From Antechinus flavipes (Eukaryota), in NCBI RefSeq assembly GCF_016432865.1, contig NC_067400.1:514786001-514850000 (forward strand): a stretch of DNA of 64,000 nt, in the 5' to 3' direction. Positions within the stretch are counted from its first letter, which is position 1. Every line of letters begins with the position of its first letter. The notes beneath the pieces are model-generated. The model was not told the origin of the DNA, ran no database searches, and worked only from the letters and a program-made list of their open reading frames with translations. Positions 11,785 to 24,200 of this stretch are shown piece after piece. Made by a program: the position numbers and the translations under genes.

Positions 11785-13452
11785 TTTGCTCTCCAGAATA
11801 TCATATTCCAAGCTCTCTGATCCTTTAATGTAGAACCTGATAAATCCTGTATCATCTTGACTATGACTCCATGATATTTAAATCGTTTCTTTTTGGGTGC
11901 TTGCAGTTTTTTTCTCTTTGATTTGGGAGCTCTTGAATTTGATTATAACATTCCTTGGAGTTTTCATTTTAGGATCTCTTTCAGAGGGTGGATTCTTTCA
12001 AGTTCCATTCTACCCTCTGGTTCTAGAATACAAAGGCAATTTTGCCTTGACAATTTCTTGAAAGATATTGTCCAGGGTCTTTCTTTTGATCATGGCTTTC
12101 AGGTAGTCCAATAATTTTTAGATTCTCTCCTGAATCTATTTTTTCTAGGTTAATTGTTTTTCCAATGAGATATTTCACATTGTCTTCTATTTTTTATTCT
12201 TTGCTTTTGTTTTATTGTTTCTTGATTTTTCATACAGCCATTAATATCCATTTGCTCAATTCTAATTTTTAAGAGATTATTTTCTTCAATGAGCATTTAT
12301 ATTTCCTATTCCTTTTGGCCAATTCTACTTTTAAAGTAGGTTTTTTCCCCTAATGAATTTTTGTGCCTCTTTCTTCATTTGGTTCATTCTGCTTTTTAAG
12401 GAATTCTTCTCCCTACTGGCTTTTTGTATCTCTTTTACTGTTTGGCCTAGTCTATTTGTTTTTTAAGGTGTCATTTTCTTTAGTATTTTTTAAGGTCTCC
12501 TTTACCAAGCCTGTTTATGATTTTCTTGTATCATCCCATTTCTCTTTCCAATTTTTCCTCCACCTCTCTTATTTGATTTTTAAAATCCTTTTTGAGCTCT
12601 TTCATGGCTTGAGACCAATTCATATTTTTCTTAGAAGCTTTTGGATGTAGGAGCTTTGACTTTGCTATCTTCTTCTGAGTCTGTGTTTTAATCTTTCCTG
12701 TCACCATAGTAACTTTCTATGATCAGAATTGTTTTTCTGTTGCCTGCTCATTTCCCCAGCCTATTACTTGACTTTTAACTCTTTGTTAAAGTAGGTCTCT
12801 GCTTTCAGGATGGAGAAGGCCTCTGTCCCAAGCTTCAAGGATTTTGTATAGCTATTTCCAGAGATACTTTTAGGGACCTGTAAGTTTTCAGTTCTTTCAA
12901 GGTGGTGTGATCTAAGGAATCATATGCTTACTATTTTTTGGCCTATTGGAGACTATAAGTACTCTTCTCTGTCTTGGAACTGTTACAATGATTCCTGCTT
13001 TCCTGTAGCTGCAAGCTCTAGTGTGCTAGTACTCCTCCTGAAACTGCCACTTAGGACTGTAACCGGAAATGAGTGAGAGCAAAAACGACAGAGTCCTGCC
13101 TCCGTGTCAGTACTAACAAAGAGCTCCTGTAATTTCCTTCTGACCAGCTGTTTGACTCCCCTCTCCAATCTGTGGGTTGAAAGCTCCAGATGCAGCAACT
13201 GAATCATTTGCTGGAGCTGGATCTTTGCTGGGACTAGGCCTGTGCTGGTAAAGCTTGATCTGCCCTGTGTTCCACTCTCACCCAGGTGTAACAGATCTTT
13301 TTTGTTGACTAAGTTGACTTCAGCTGGAAAATTATTTCCCTCCATCCTTTTGTGAGTTCTGATGCTTCAGGAATTGTTTTGTGGCATTATTTAATGGCGC
13401 TGGGTTTGGGGTGAGCTCAGCTAAGTTGCTGTCCATTCAAGCCATCTTGGCC
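11785..13452 (-). mobile_element. Old degraded L1 (or HAL1) 5' UTR + ORF1 fragment
   Basis: Relic reading KYHGVIVKMIQDLSGSTLKDQRAW aligns with the ORF1 C-terminal half of the young L1 at 24201-25265; GCCAAGATGGC YY1-like motif at its 5' end (~13441-13451). Confidence 0.75.
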
Positions 13453-13807
13453 TGTCCCTCCCCACTCCCCAAAATTAAACCTGAGTCAAAGAATCTAAGA
13501 ATTGAAAGGGACTTCAGACTCCATGCAGTCTGAATAATTGGCTGAATCCTCTTTAAAACATCCCCAAGAAATGGCCATCTAGCCTTCTCTTTCAAGATTT
13601 CCAGTACTCCCCAGACTCCCAAGGTAGCTTATTCTACTTATGGATAGCATCAATTAGTAGGAAGTTTTTCCTTTCATTATGTCTAAGTCTGACATTATGT
13701 AACTTTCTGCCTTTGTTCCGGGTTCTGCTCCCTGAGGCCAAGCAGAAGCTGTCCAATTCCTCTTCCAAATGAGTTCTTTTGAGGTTTAAAAATGCCTATC
13801 ATTTTAA

Positions 13808-14012
13808 TAGCATGACAATGTGGAAATATGTTTAGAAAAACTGCACATGTTTAACCTATACTGGTTTATATGTTAAACCAAGACATGTTTGCTGTCTTGG
13901 AGAGGGGGTAAAGAAGAAAAATTTGGAATGCAAGGTTTTTTGCAAGGGTCGATGTTGAAAATTATCTTTGTATGTATTTAGAAAAATAAAAAGCTATTAT
14001 TATTTTTAAAAA
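13808..14012 (+). mobile_element. L1 3' UTR fragment
   Basis: Resembles the L1 3' ends at 19706 and 34741; AATAAA followed by an A-rich end. Confidence 0.55.
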
Positions 14013-14444
14013 ACCTATCATTTCTCCTATAGGCTAAATATTTCCAGTTCCTTCAGCCAATTTTCAAATGATAGGATCTTAAAGCCATTTACTGTTCTGC
14101 TCAAAGTTTACTTTACAATGTAGCACTCAAAATTAAGCACAAAAACTCTAGGATTTGGAAGAGGCTGGTAGAAGGAATTAAAGGAAAGGAAAATTAAATA
14201 TGAATGGATAAATGAATTCTATGAGATAGGCTATAATAGGTTAACTATGTCAAGACTACTACAGCAGAGGAGCTGTAGTGGGGATTCTGAGGAAGCAATA
14301 TGAGTGGAAGACAGAAACAACAGCTACTATATGAGTTTAGATATGATGAGCAAAGGAGAACCATGATGCAAAAAGTTATCATGTTTGAGCAAGATTACTA
14401 CAGCAGAGATATAATGAATGAATGAATTAAAGAAAGAACAGTTA

Positions 14445-14612
14445 GGAGCAGCTAGAAAATACAGTGAATAGAACAGTAACCCTGAAGTCAGGAGGACCAG
14501 AGTTCAAATCTAGCTTCAGACAATTAACATTTATTAGCTGTGTGACCCTAGGTAAGTCATTTAACCTCAAATGCCTTGCCAAAAAAAAAGAAAAGAAAAA
14601 AAGAGAGGAAAA
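14445..14612 (+). mobile_element. WSINE1-like SINE with A-rich tail
   Basis: gagcagctag..gaagtcaggaggaccagagttcaaatc..tgtgtgaccct; degenerate TSD aaagaac(a/t)gtt. Confidence 0.75.
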
Positions 14613-17417
14613 AAAAGAACTGTTTCAGGGAGATCAGATAAAGTTACTACATCAGATAAAACAATGGAAAGGATGGGAAGAATGGCAATGTCTTGGAGAG
14701 AAATAGAGAAAGCCAGACAGGAAAGATGGGGAGATGAGAACTAGTTCAGGTGCAGCTGCGTCACCCAAGTGAAGCTGGACAAGATGGTAGAGAGTAGAAA
14801 CAAAAAAGGAAAATTCCATCGAGATTGGGTTGGAAACCTGAAGTTAACAGGATTTAGGGCCATGTCATGTTAGACAGATTGTAGGGATATCAGGAGCAGG
14901 TTGTATTAAAAAATAAAGTAAAGTGCATGTGGAAAATTTTCCCCCTCCCCATTCCCTCACAACCTCCAGTTAGCAGAAGGGGCCAGCCCCAGATTCTGGT
15001 TCTTAATATTTCCCTTTTATCTCAAGAATTCAATTCTCTCTATTCCCAATAATAGGACTAAATGTAGCCTCTTCTTCCAGAAAATGAATCATCCAGACTC
15101 AGGGGAAAGTAGATTGGCCCTTGAGCCGCCCTGAGAGAAACAGAAGACTGGGAGCCAACAGAATCACAAAGATCCTAAGGAGTTCCTGGTCAGGGTGACA
15201 AAAAACAAGATGAAACTCCTCTAACCTTCCTTCCAGCTCTAGACAGGATCACAATAAAGCCAGATCCTATTCTTCCTTCTAGGGGTTTGCAAGTTGTTGG
15301 CTGGCTAGGTTCCTATTTGGAGGGAACTACAGGTAGTATCCAAGGGAAAGCATTCATTCAACAGGGAAGAGAGCCCAAAATTTAGATTCTTTGTTCTCCC
15401 AAAAGAGCTCTATGAGTCCCCTCCTCTCCTCTCATTTTCCTATTTAGAAATGATATTCCCTAATGATCCCTAGATCTAGAAGAATCTGGATAAATTTATA
15501 ATTTAATTAATCCAAATAATAATTGGATAAATGGCATGGGGGAAGAGCTCTTGTTCACTGTGAATCATAAAACCTGAAAACTGGAAGAGATGTTAAGGCT
15601 CATCTATTTATTTCAACCCTTTCATGTTACAGATGAGGGGAATTAGGGTGAAAAGTTCAAAGATGCCTGAGCTCAAAGTCAAGGGGCTCCAATTGGTCAA
15701 ATTCCCAGGAACATTCACTTCTCTGCCCTAAGCAGTTGCTTTCTAAACATTTCAAGTTAGGATTCCTTTTGTGAGAAATGAAATCAATCACACCCTTACT
15801 TTTTCTTCCATGTAGTGAAAAACAGAATACAAAGATGGCTAAGGGAGACATAAAGGCCCAGTTGCTTCCACGAAAAGCTTCTAAAATGGAGATTGACCTA
15901 TTCTCACTTTTTAGTTCACTTCTGTTTTCCCCAAATCAATCCTATTCTGATCATATCTTTATCTTTCTCCTTTCTTATAAGCTCTGGCTGAGTTCTAAAT
16001 TTTTTTGGCTCAGATTTGATTTCATTCTCTTAGGGAAACCCTAATGCAAATTTTCTTCAGCGATGCACATTTTTAACTTGCTGTTACAGAGAGTTGTCTA
16101 GAGTACAGAGAAGCCAAATGACTTGTCCAAAGTCCTACCAAAAGGATGTCACATACTTAAACCTTGAACCACCTGACTTTGAGACTGGCCCTCTATTTAC
16201 TCTATCATGTGATCTCTGTTGAGTTGCATTAACAATCCTATAATAATTTTTCAAAAGCATTTCCCTCACAACAACCTTCTAAAGTAAGGTAAATATTATC
16301 ATTTCCTTTTTACCAATGAAGAACTTGAGGCTGCAAGGTTAACTGACTTGCCAATGGTCATACAAACAGCAGTGTGTAGCAATCAGTACTGGAACTAAGG
16401 TCTGAAAGAATAACCCAACAGTCCTTTTCCATAGGAATTAGTGTCAGCTTTATCACTGTTTAAGGGCTGTATCTTCCTAGTCCCATTTCAGGCAGATGGA
16501 TGGCATGGAGGATGAAGTGATGGGCTTTGGAAGCCTACCAGTAATATAATGCTGGGCAAGTAGTCACTTAACAACAGTCTGCCTGAAATGCCTCAACTGC
16601 AAAATGGGGATGGTCACAGCTTTTGTCACAGGCTTGTTTTGAAGATCAAATGAAATAATATTTGTAAAGCATTTCCCATAGTGCCTGACACATAGTAGGC
16701 AGCTTAATAACTATGTGCTCCCTTTCTTTTCTCCTATTTGGAAAATGCTCTTGCTTCTTATCTTGAGTACTCTGCCATTTACTACTTATACAGTCTTGGA
16801 TAAATCCCTTAATCTGTGCACCTCTGTTTTCTCATATGTAAAATAAAGGACTCAGATGATATGAGCACCGAGGTCCCATACAGCTCCATATCTATGACAT
16901 GATCCTCTCAGAGAGACCTTGCTAGCCTCCTCTATACCATTTCCCAATAAAAGAAAACTCAGTAGTTTTCCTAAGTCAAAGAAAAAAACAATGTCAAACA
17001 GAAAGCTTTTTCATTAATCTAACCTAAAGGATAGACCACAAATTAAGGAAAGGACAAACAACTCCTGACCTGGAAAGCCAAGGCAAAGGACCTTAGGGAT
17101 TTCAAGGGAACTATCCCTAAATTCTGTCTAATCTTTTCCTGCCATAATCCCACCCCTCCTAGCAGCCTTTCCAATGGTCTGCTCAGTTATTCCCTTTCCA
17201 CTAGTAGCAACTAAAGAGAAAGGTCTTGTTTAAGCAGCAAAGGGCCAGCCAACTCAGAAGCAGCAGCATGTCCTAAAATGGTCAAAGAAAACTGCACAGG
17301 TTTGGCTGGGTCTCAGCTGTCCCAATGGGGGAGGGGAAACTGGCTTAACTTCCACACCACCCGCCCCAAATTTCAAGCTCAAGATTAATATTAACCCTTT
17401 CTCTGCTGGTTACTTAC

Positions 17418-17520
17418 CATTCCATAGGACTTCCAGGGAGTAGGGGGACACTGGGATTCTCTTGTTCTCTTTTAATATGGGACTTATGTATGAAGCTAAG
17501 TAAGGGACTGATGTCCAGAT
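17418..17520 (-). CDS. PCSK7: PC7 coding exon 10
   Basis: [34 protein letters not shown]; 103 nt; below the ORF-track threshold, read manually. Confidence 0.96.
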
Positions 17521-18151
17521 CTATTAAAGGAAAGCACAGAGAAAGCAGGGAATAAACACAGGTCAACAGACACTCTATTTAACATCACTGCCCTTTAGAA
17601 TACAGTTCTCAAATACCTGAATTGGTATTTAGAAGGGTCTCTGCTTTTTTCCTTTTGCTACACTTCCTCTTATATCCTTCACAAATTGTCAAGGGTGTTT
17701 ACATTGACATCCTAAAACACTCCATATGACTGAGGGTTAATGAATAGGAGATGAAAGTTAGGTACTGGATCAAAGATGAGAAACAGATCACACTGAAATT
17801 GAGGAAGCTTTTGATAAGAGTACTGCTATTGCTAGCTTAGGGGATCTAGAATTAGACTTGGGACTTAGTTTTTCTATCTGTAAAATGGACTATACTGGGT
17901 TGAATGTTTGTGAGTATCTAAATTCACATAAGGACTAATAAATGGATAAGACTATCCTCTCCTTCACTTTTCATTACCCCTGTAATTCTTTTTTATTTTC
18001 ATCATGATAAAACATTTAGGGTATATTTCTCTAATGTATTTTTAGGGTTTTTCTTATGGTTCATATCTGTAGGTATATACAAAGAGAACCTATGGGTCTA
18101 CCCTATTTCCTCTTTTTTGGCTTTTCTGGACTTAGGAGATCTCTTGCTCAC

Positions 18152-18259
18152 CTTGGCAGCATTGACAAGCCTCCAAGCATTGAGCAAACCGAAGCCATGC
18201 TGGTGACTGTGGCTGAAGCCAGCATCATTGGTGTTCCAGTCTGCACGGCGATCTTCGTA
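18152..18259 (-). CDS. PCSK7: PC7 coding exon 9
   Basis: [36 protein letters not shown]; 108 nt. Confidence 0.97.
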
Positions 18260-18905
18260 CTGAAAAGAATCCAGACCTAGTGAGAACCTGGACTTTTGAA
18301 TGGAAACTGAGGAATTTAACTCTCTCTGTAACACAGCCATCATCATCCAGCCCTCTCACGAGGTCATAAAAAATGGACTTTCTAGAAAGGGAGTTTAGGA
18401 CAAATTTTTTTGGAACAAGAATATACAGGTACCACAGGCAAGGAATCTAGCCTTGTCTGGCCAATCAGGGACAGACATGGATGAATTTTTGACTCAGAGA
18501 GGAAGACTGGATTTCTCATACCTACTCTAGATCTAAAACACATCCTAACTAGTATCATTTGCATGCCTCTAAGAAATGAGCAGTCAAGACCAATCCCCTT
18601 ATTTACCTAAATGACAGAGGAGGAATCTGAAGTCGAGAAAGGAGTCCTAAACTTGTGCTAAGTCACACAGCAAGTAAATGGCAGAATCAGAATTTGGATC
18701 CAATTTTCCTGACTCCAAATGTGGTGTTTTTTTCCTGCTCTATTCTGCTATATGATAAAGGCACTAAATCCTAGACATAACTTGGAACCTGTGGCTACCT
18801 GGCAACCATTGGTGCTGAGAACAAAAGGATACCAGAAACCAGTCTCTGTAGCCATTTAACTCTAAGCTAGGTTGGCATTTTTTTGCCTATGCACCAGTGT
18901 CTTAC

Positions 18906-19073
18906 CCGGGTAGCTGTGAAGACAATGATGTGCTGAACATCACGCCAGGTGAGGCATGGCCTCACCTGCAGCATCAAGGCAATCATGCCAGCCGCCAAGG
19001 GGGCTGCTGCGGAGGTCCCCGTATGCCCTTCAGTGCAGCCTGTGCCCTTTTGCAGGTCCCAGTCAGTAGTCAC
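18906..19073 (-). CDS. PCSK7: PC7 coding exon 8 (catalytic Ser, GTSAAAP)
   Basis: [29 protein letters not shown]...FTATR; 168 nt. Confidence 0.98.
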
Positions 19074-19705
19074 CTAGGAAAGAATCAGAGGAAGGAAAAG
19101 AGGCAATGATTGGAGTTAATCTCAAGCCTCAATGGGGAAGAGGTAATAGGGATATGACCAGCTCTATGGGTTGGACTTAAGAGCCCAGCCTTCTCTAATC
19201 AGGAGTTTCTCAGCTAGAAGAACATCTACATTTCTCTAGCAACTCAGTGAAAACTGATGTCTTTAACCCCCAAATGAGATCATATTTGTAAAAAAGAACT
19301 TAGCATGTGTGCCAGGCATCATACATGCTTTTTATACCCTGCTCCCCCAACAAACAAAATAGAGGAAATGTCCATGGGAACTTAGCTGGAGCAAGGACAA
19401 CAATGACAGCACCTCAAAAACAAAAAACCAAAAACATCTTGGCAGCCCAGCTGTGGGGACTAGTGTGACAGTGGGAACAAAGAGAGTTTGTTCTGAGGGA
19501 GCAAGAATTGCCTCCTTCCTGGCTGGTTGAGCTTAGCCTGAGGCTGGGGTCTTCCCACTCCTAGGAAGCCAAGGGGCCTCATAGAAGTACTCTGATAAGG
19601 TGCTTAGGGCCTTAATGATTCTGTTATCCAAGGGATGTCATCTTTCCCTACTAAGGCTGGCAACGTGGAAGCAAGAAAAGCAATTGGAGTTGAAAGAATT
19701 GTTTA

Positions 19706-19855
19706 GTGTATTGGTCAACCTGCCATCTAAGGGAGAGGATTGGGGGGAGGAGGGGAAAAATTGGAACAAAAGGTTTGGCAATTGTCAATGCTGTAAAATT
19801 ACCCATGCACATAACTTGTAAACAAAAAGATATAATATTTAAAAAAAGAAAGAAA
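19706..19855 (+). mobile_element. 5'-truncated L1 3' end with 14-bp TSD
   Basis: GAAAGAATTGTTTA at 19692-19705 and 19856-19869; G-rich tract then A-rich tail. Confidence 0.8.
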
Positions 19856-21622
19856 GAAAGAATTGTTTAAAGTCACCTATCCTGGAATCAAATCTCAGCT
19901 GTTTTTTTTTGTTTTTGTTTTTTTTTTAAACTCTGAAGAATCTGTGTTCTCAGGCCTTGCTGGATGCTACCTCAGTTTTCCTGGCTACCTGGCAGGGAGG
20001 TGGGAGTAGACCAGTTGGGTGACTGGATCTTAAATTTCATGATGCTCATGCCAGGATTTTTCCCTCTTTCAGGTTTTCCTTTCGGTCAGACACCATAACA
20101 CTGACCCCTGCCAACAACTACCCCCTGTCCTTTGTACTTTCTGCCTCTCTTCCAGCTGTTATAAGAGCTACCAACAGCTTTGAACTGTACTAAAACACTG
20201 TATACTCCCAGAAGAGAAAGAAAAACTCCCCAAGTCACAGCCTTGATAAAACTGGGAAGCCCCATCCATGCCAGGAAGGAGATTAATTTCTTCCTCTTAA
20301 GGAAACAGTCTTTTAGTGACAGTCTGGATCTCTTAACTATTAAATCCATGAACTCTCCTGTGGCTGCTCCAGCAACTAAACAGCTCCCAGAGTAAGTGTA
20401 GGTAGGAGAAAGAAAGATCAAATAGTAGTTAAGAAACACAAAGGATATCCACCTCTATACCCAGACTGGTAGCTCTACTTTGATGCCTTATGCCACTAGA
20501 TGGACACCAGTGATGAATTCAAACTGGCAGAGTTCCCAGGATAAGAAACCTTAACAGGATGGAAGCTCTCACTGAATGAACCTTCCTTTCATTTCTGGAT
20601 AAATCAGGCAAAGAGGATTGGAAGTCAGAAGACAGAGTTTAAATCTCCCTATTGCCACTTGTTACCTCTCTGATCTTGAGAAAGTCACTTAACCCATTTG
20701 GACTTTCATATATAAAACGAGAGGAGGTAGATGAGAGGATCTCTAAGGTCCCTCCTTGCTTGAAATGCTCTGATCCTGAAGGCAGAGCAATTAGCGATGG
20801 GATGCTAAGTCTTAGGGGCATTCACAGCCAGGTCTGTGGAAGGTGGGTATTGTACTCTAGAGTGGGGGGTAACATGAAACAGAAATGCCAAATCCTATTT
20901 TGGAATGTTCTTAAGTAACAGAATGGCGCTGTGCTTATCTCCTTATCCTAAAGGAAAACAGGGATGAGTTTGGGGTAAAAGGAATGCTCTTGAGGCTGCT
21001 AATTTGGTTTGCCTTTGGTATAAAGCGTCTGGCTTGTTCAACAGAATGCTGCTTGGTGGCCTTATTTCATTTAATTCCCTTCCCTCCCTGGAGAGGTTCA
21101 TTGGCACAGAACCCTGGAACATTGTGTTGGTCAGAAGTAATTTAGAAGTATAACAAAAAATAAAGTTTTGGAAAATGAATCTGATATGGAGACAAAGTAG
21201 TCCAGATCCTAGAGGCCTCAGGGACCACTGAGACAAGAGCACTGGAGAAACTGAACACTGTTTGGCTCTAACCCAGCCCTGAATGGAGACCCTTGGACCT
21301 CAACCTCCTCTTGTCCTTATAATGGGCAAAAGGAGCAGACAGAAAGTTCTAAAATTGTAGCTTTAGTCATGAGGTCCAATTTAAGCTTGCTAGGGCTGAA
21401 CTAGAGCTCATTATGTTTTAGGAATGTTTGGAGGCCCCTGATAGATATTTGGGGCTTGGACACCATGGCTTAGGGAGACTCTACTCTTTTTTCCTCTGAT
21501 CCCTGCTTATTATGGCTCCATTTGGAGGAGCATATTGAAATCTCTCTTGGGTTAACAACTAAAGATAAGATCATAGGATTATAGATTTCAAACTATACGT
21601 TAGCTCTAGTCTGTCTATAAAT

Positions 21623-21788
21623 CAGGAGTTCTTAACCAAGGAAAATATTTTGATAACTATTTCAATATAACTAGTTTTCTTTGTACTCATACATTTTATT
21701 TTATTTTTAAGAAACATTATTTTGAGAGATCCAAAGAATTCAAAAGACTGCTAATGAGGCCTATGCATCAAAAAGTTAAGAACACCTG
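21623..21788. mobile_element. hAT-type MITE
   Basis: Imperfect TIRs CAGGAGTTCTTAACC / AGTTAAGAACACCTG; flanks ctataaat / ttataaaa (6/8 match, hAT-size TSD). Confidence 0.55.
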
Positions 21789-21879
21789 TTATAAAATACA
21801 GAAGATTCATTCAGTCAAAATTTCCAGCAGAAGGATGGTTAGATAACTGTTCAAATGAAAAATATGGAACACAGAACTC

Positions 21880-22170
21880 CTTTACAAGTTAATAGAATGG
21901 TCATTCATGTATGGACAGTTATTTTCAGTTGTGGAATCCTAATTTCAATATGGATATTGCAAAACGGAGCCATGTCCAAGAAGATGACAGAGTATGAGAA
22001 CTGGAAATCTTAAGGTTATAATATTGTCAAAGCAACTGAGGATGTTCTGCTTGGAGAAAGGACTTAAGGAAAGATACATTAGTAATCTTCAAGTATTTGA
22101 ATGATTATCAGATAGATAAGAAATCATACTTATTTTGTTTGGTCTCAGAAGGAATAATAAACGGAAGAAG
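21880..22170 (+). mobile_element. Ancient CR1/L3-like LINE relic
   Basis: Resembles the CR1 3' region (ttggagaaagg..cttcaagtatttga..ttattttgtttggtctcagaagg); by eye only. Confidence 0.4.
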
Positions 22171-22536
22171 AGGCAAAGATATAAGCTCAATCAATATGCA
22201 TTCCCTGTAGGAGAAAATCTTGGGGTGAGAGGGGACGAGAGGGGTTTCCTATTCAGGTATAAATTAGACTGATGACCTTTGAGAGACTTTCTAATCCTAA
22301 AGTTCTGAGATTCACCTGAAATTTCCATCGTTCATGTACCAAAACAGAAGCATCAAAGAATTTCCAAACTTTGTTCCCCAAGAAAAAGTGGAGCCCAGAG
22401 ATGATTTATCTATTAGGGAGAATAGCTGAGGGTAAGAATAGAGAAGGGAAAAAGACAAGAAAATGAAGGCACCTCGTTTAAGGAAAAAGCTAGACGAGAA
22501 GCAAAGCAGAGTAAAGACAGAAAGCTAGCTACTTAC

Positions 22537-22637
22537 AATACTTCGAAGCAATTTGTCCCCACCACTGAAAGTGACAGCCAGCATAGAGGCACATTCCTCT
22601 GCATAGAACGGCATACGTCCCTCCTCATCTACGGCAC
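22537..22637 (-). CDS. PCSK7: PC7 coding exon 7
   Basis: [33 protein letters not shown]; 101 nt. Confidence 0.97.
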
Positions 22638-23069
22638 CTGGGCCAAGTAGAGAAAAACAGGGAATTAAGATCAAAGGTTAACTCTGTGAGTATTATTTTT
22701 TAAAGCTATAAAGTCATCCATTGTGCTGCAGAGTATTATGCCTGAACTGAGTCAAGATAGTCCTCAACCCATGAACATGTGAGCACCAAAAAACCTTAGT
22801 TAGAATGGCAATCTCAGGCATCCTATTATGCCTGAAATCCAGTCTTATTAACTCAAGGGAATTGTCATTAACACAATAGGGCTTTCATAAAAAAAGTAGG
22901 TTAGTCATAAGCCAGTCATTCTCATGGCAGAAGACCTATAAAAAAATATTCTGAAATACAGATTTAGATAATAAGGGACTTGAGACAATGATTAAAAGAA
23001 ATTTCTGATCACTAAGACTTCTACAGAGGTCCTGAAAGCTTATGGGAAGCACTCTCTTCACAAGATCAT

Positions 23070-23185
23070 AGATCTAGAGGTAGGAAGGGACCTTAGTGCT
23101 CATTTAGTCTAATGTCTTCATTTTACAAATGAAGCCCAAAGAGGCTGTTACTTGGCCAATGTCATACAGTTAGGAAGTAGAATCT
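23070..23185 (-). mobile_element. MIR-family SINE, 3' part (split by L1)
   Basis: acttcctaactgtatgacattggccaagt..catttgtaaaatg..ctaaggtcccttcc continues the MIR head at 25875-25935. Confidence 0.7.
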
Positions 23186-23697
23186 AGTATTCTATTTACC
23201 TCTTTGACTTCTTTCTTATTTATTTTGTGGTTTGATTTATCTAATTCTGAGAGTGCAAGGTTAAGATCTCCCACTATTATAGTTTTACTGTCTATTTCTT
23301 CTTGCAGCTCTCTTAGTTTCTCTTTTAAGAATTTAGATGCTACCCCACTCGGTGCATATATGTTTAATATAGATAGTGCTTCATTATCCATGCTACCCTT
23401 TAGCAAGATATAGTGCCCTTCCTTATCTCTTTTAATTAGATCAATTTTTGCTTTAGCTTGATCTGAGATCAGGATGGCTACCCCTGCTTTTTTGACTTCA
23501 CCTGAAGCATAGTAGATTTTGCTCCAACCTTTTACCTTTAACCTGCATGTATCTCCCCGCTTCAGGTGTGTTTCCTGTAAACAACATATTGTAGGATTCT
23601 GGCTTTTAATCCATTCTGCTAATCGCTTCCTCTTTATGGGGGAGTTTACCCCGTTCACATTTATGATTAGAATGACCAATTCTGTATTGCTTGCCAT
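23170..23697 (-). CDS. L1 ORF2p N-terminal APE-like endonuclease fragment (175 aa, truncated)
   Basis: INVNGVNSPIKR, CLQETHL, NIYAPS, IVGDLN motifs; runs off the element to a stop in flanking MIR. Confidence 0.9.
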   Translation of the reverse strand: MASNTELVILIINVNGVNSPIKRKRLAEWIKSQNPTICCLQETHLKRGDTCRLKVKGWSKIYYASGEVKKAGVAILISDQAKAKIDLIKRDKEGHYILLKGSMDNEALSILNIYAPSGVASKFLKEKLRELQEEIDSKTIIVGDLNLALSELDKSNHKINKKEVKEVNRILDSTS

Positions 23698-24200
23698 CTT
23701 GTTAACCCCGGTTTATGCTTTTCTCCCTTCTTTCCCCTTTCCCCCCCTTCCCAGTATTAAGCTTGTGAGCACCACTTGCTTCTCACAGCCCTCCCTTTTT
23801 AGTATCCCTCCCCCCGCCTTAGAGTTCCTCCCCCTATCTTATCCCTTTCCCTCCCAGTTCCCGTATTCCCTTCCACTTAGCTTATTCCCTTCTCACTTTT
23901 CAATGAAGTGGGAGAAGTTTCACCATAGATTGAATATGTCTTAAGATTTTTCACTTAAAGCCAATTCTGAAGGCAGTAAGATACCCACTATATTCATCCC
24001 CCTCCCTTCTTTCTCTCAGATATAATAGGTTTCCTATGCCTCTTCATGAGATGTACTATCCCCACTTTACCCTTTTTCTGGTACAATGTCCTTTCCACAT
24101 CAATTTCTAGAAGAAGGTATACATGTATTCTTTATACATCTATATAGTCAAAATATAGTTCCCAAGATTAATCTTTACCTTTTTAGATTTCTCTTGAGTT

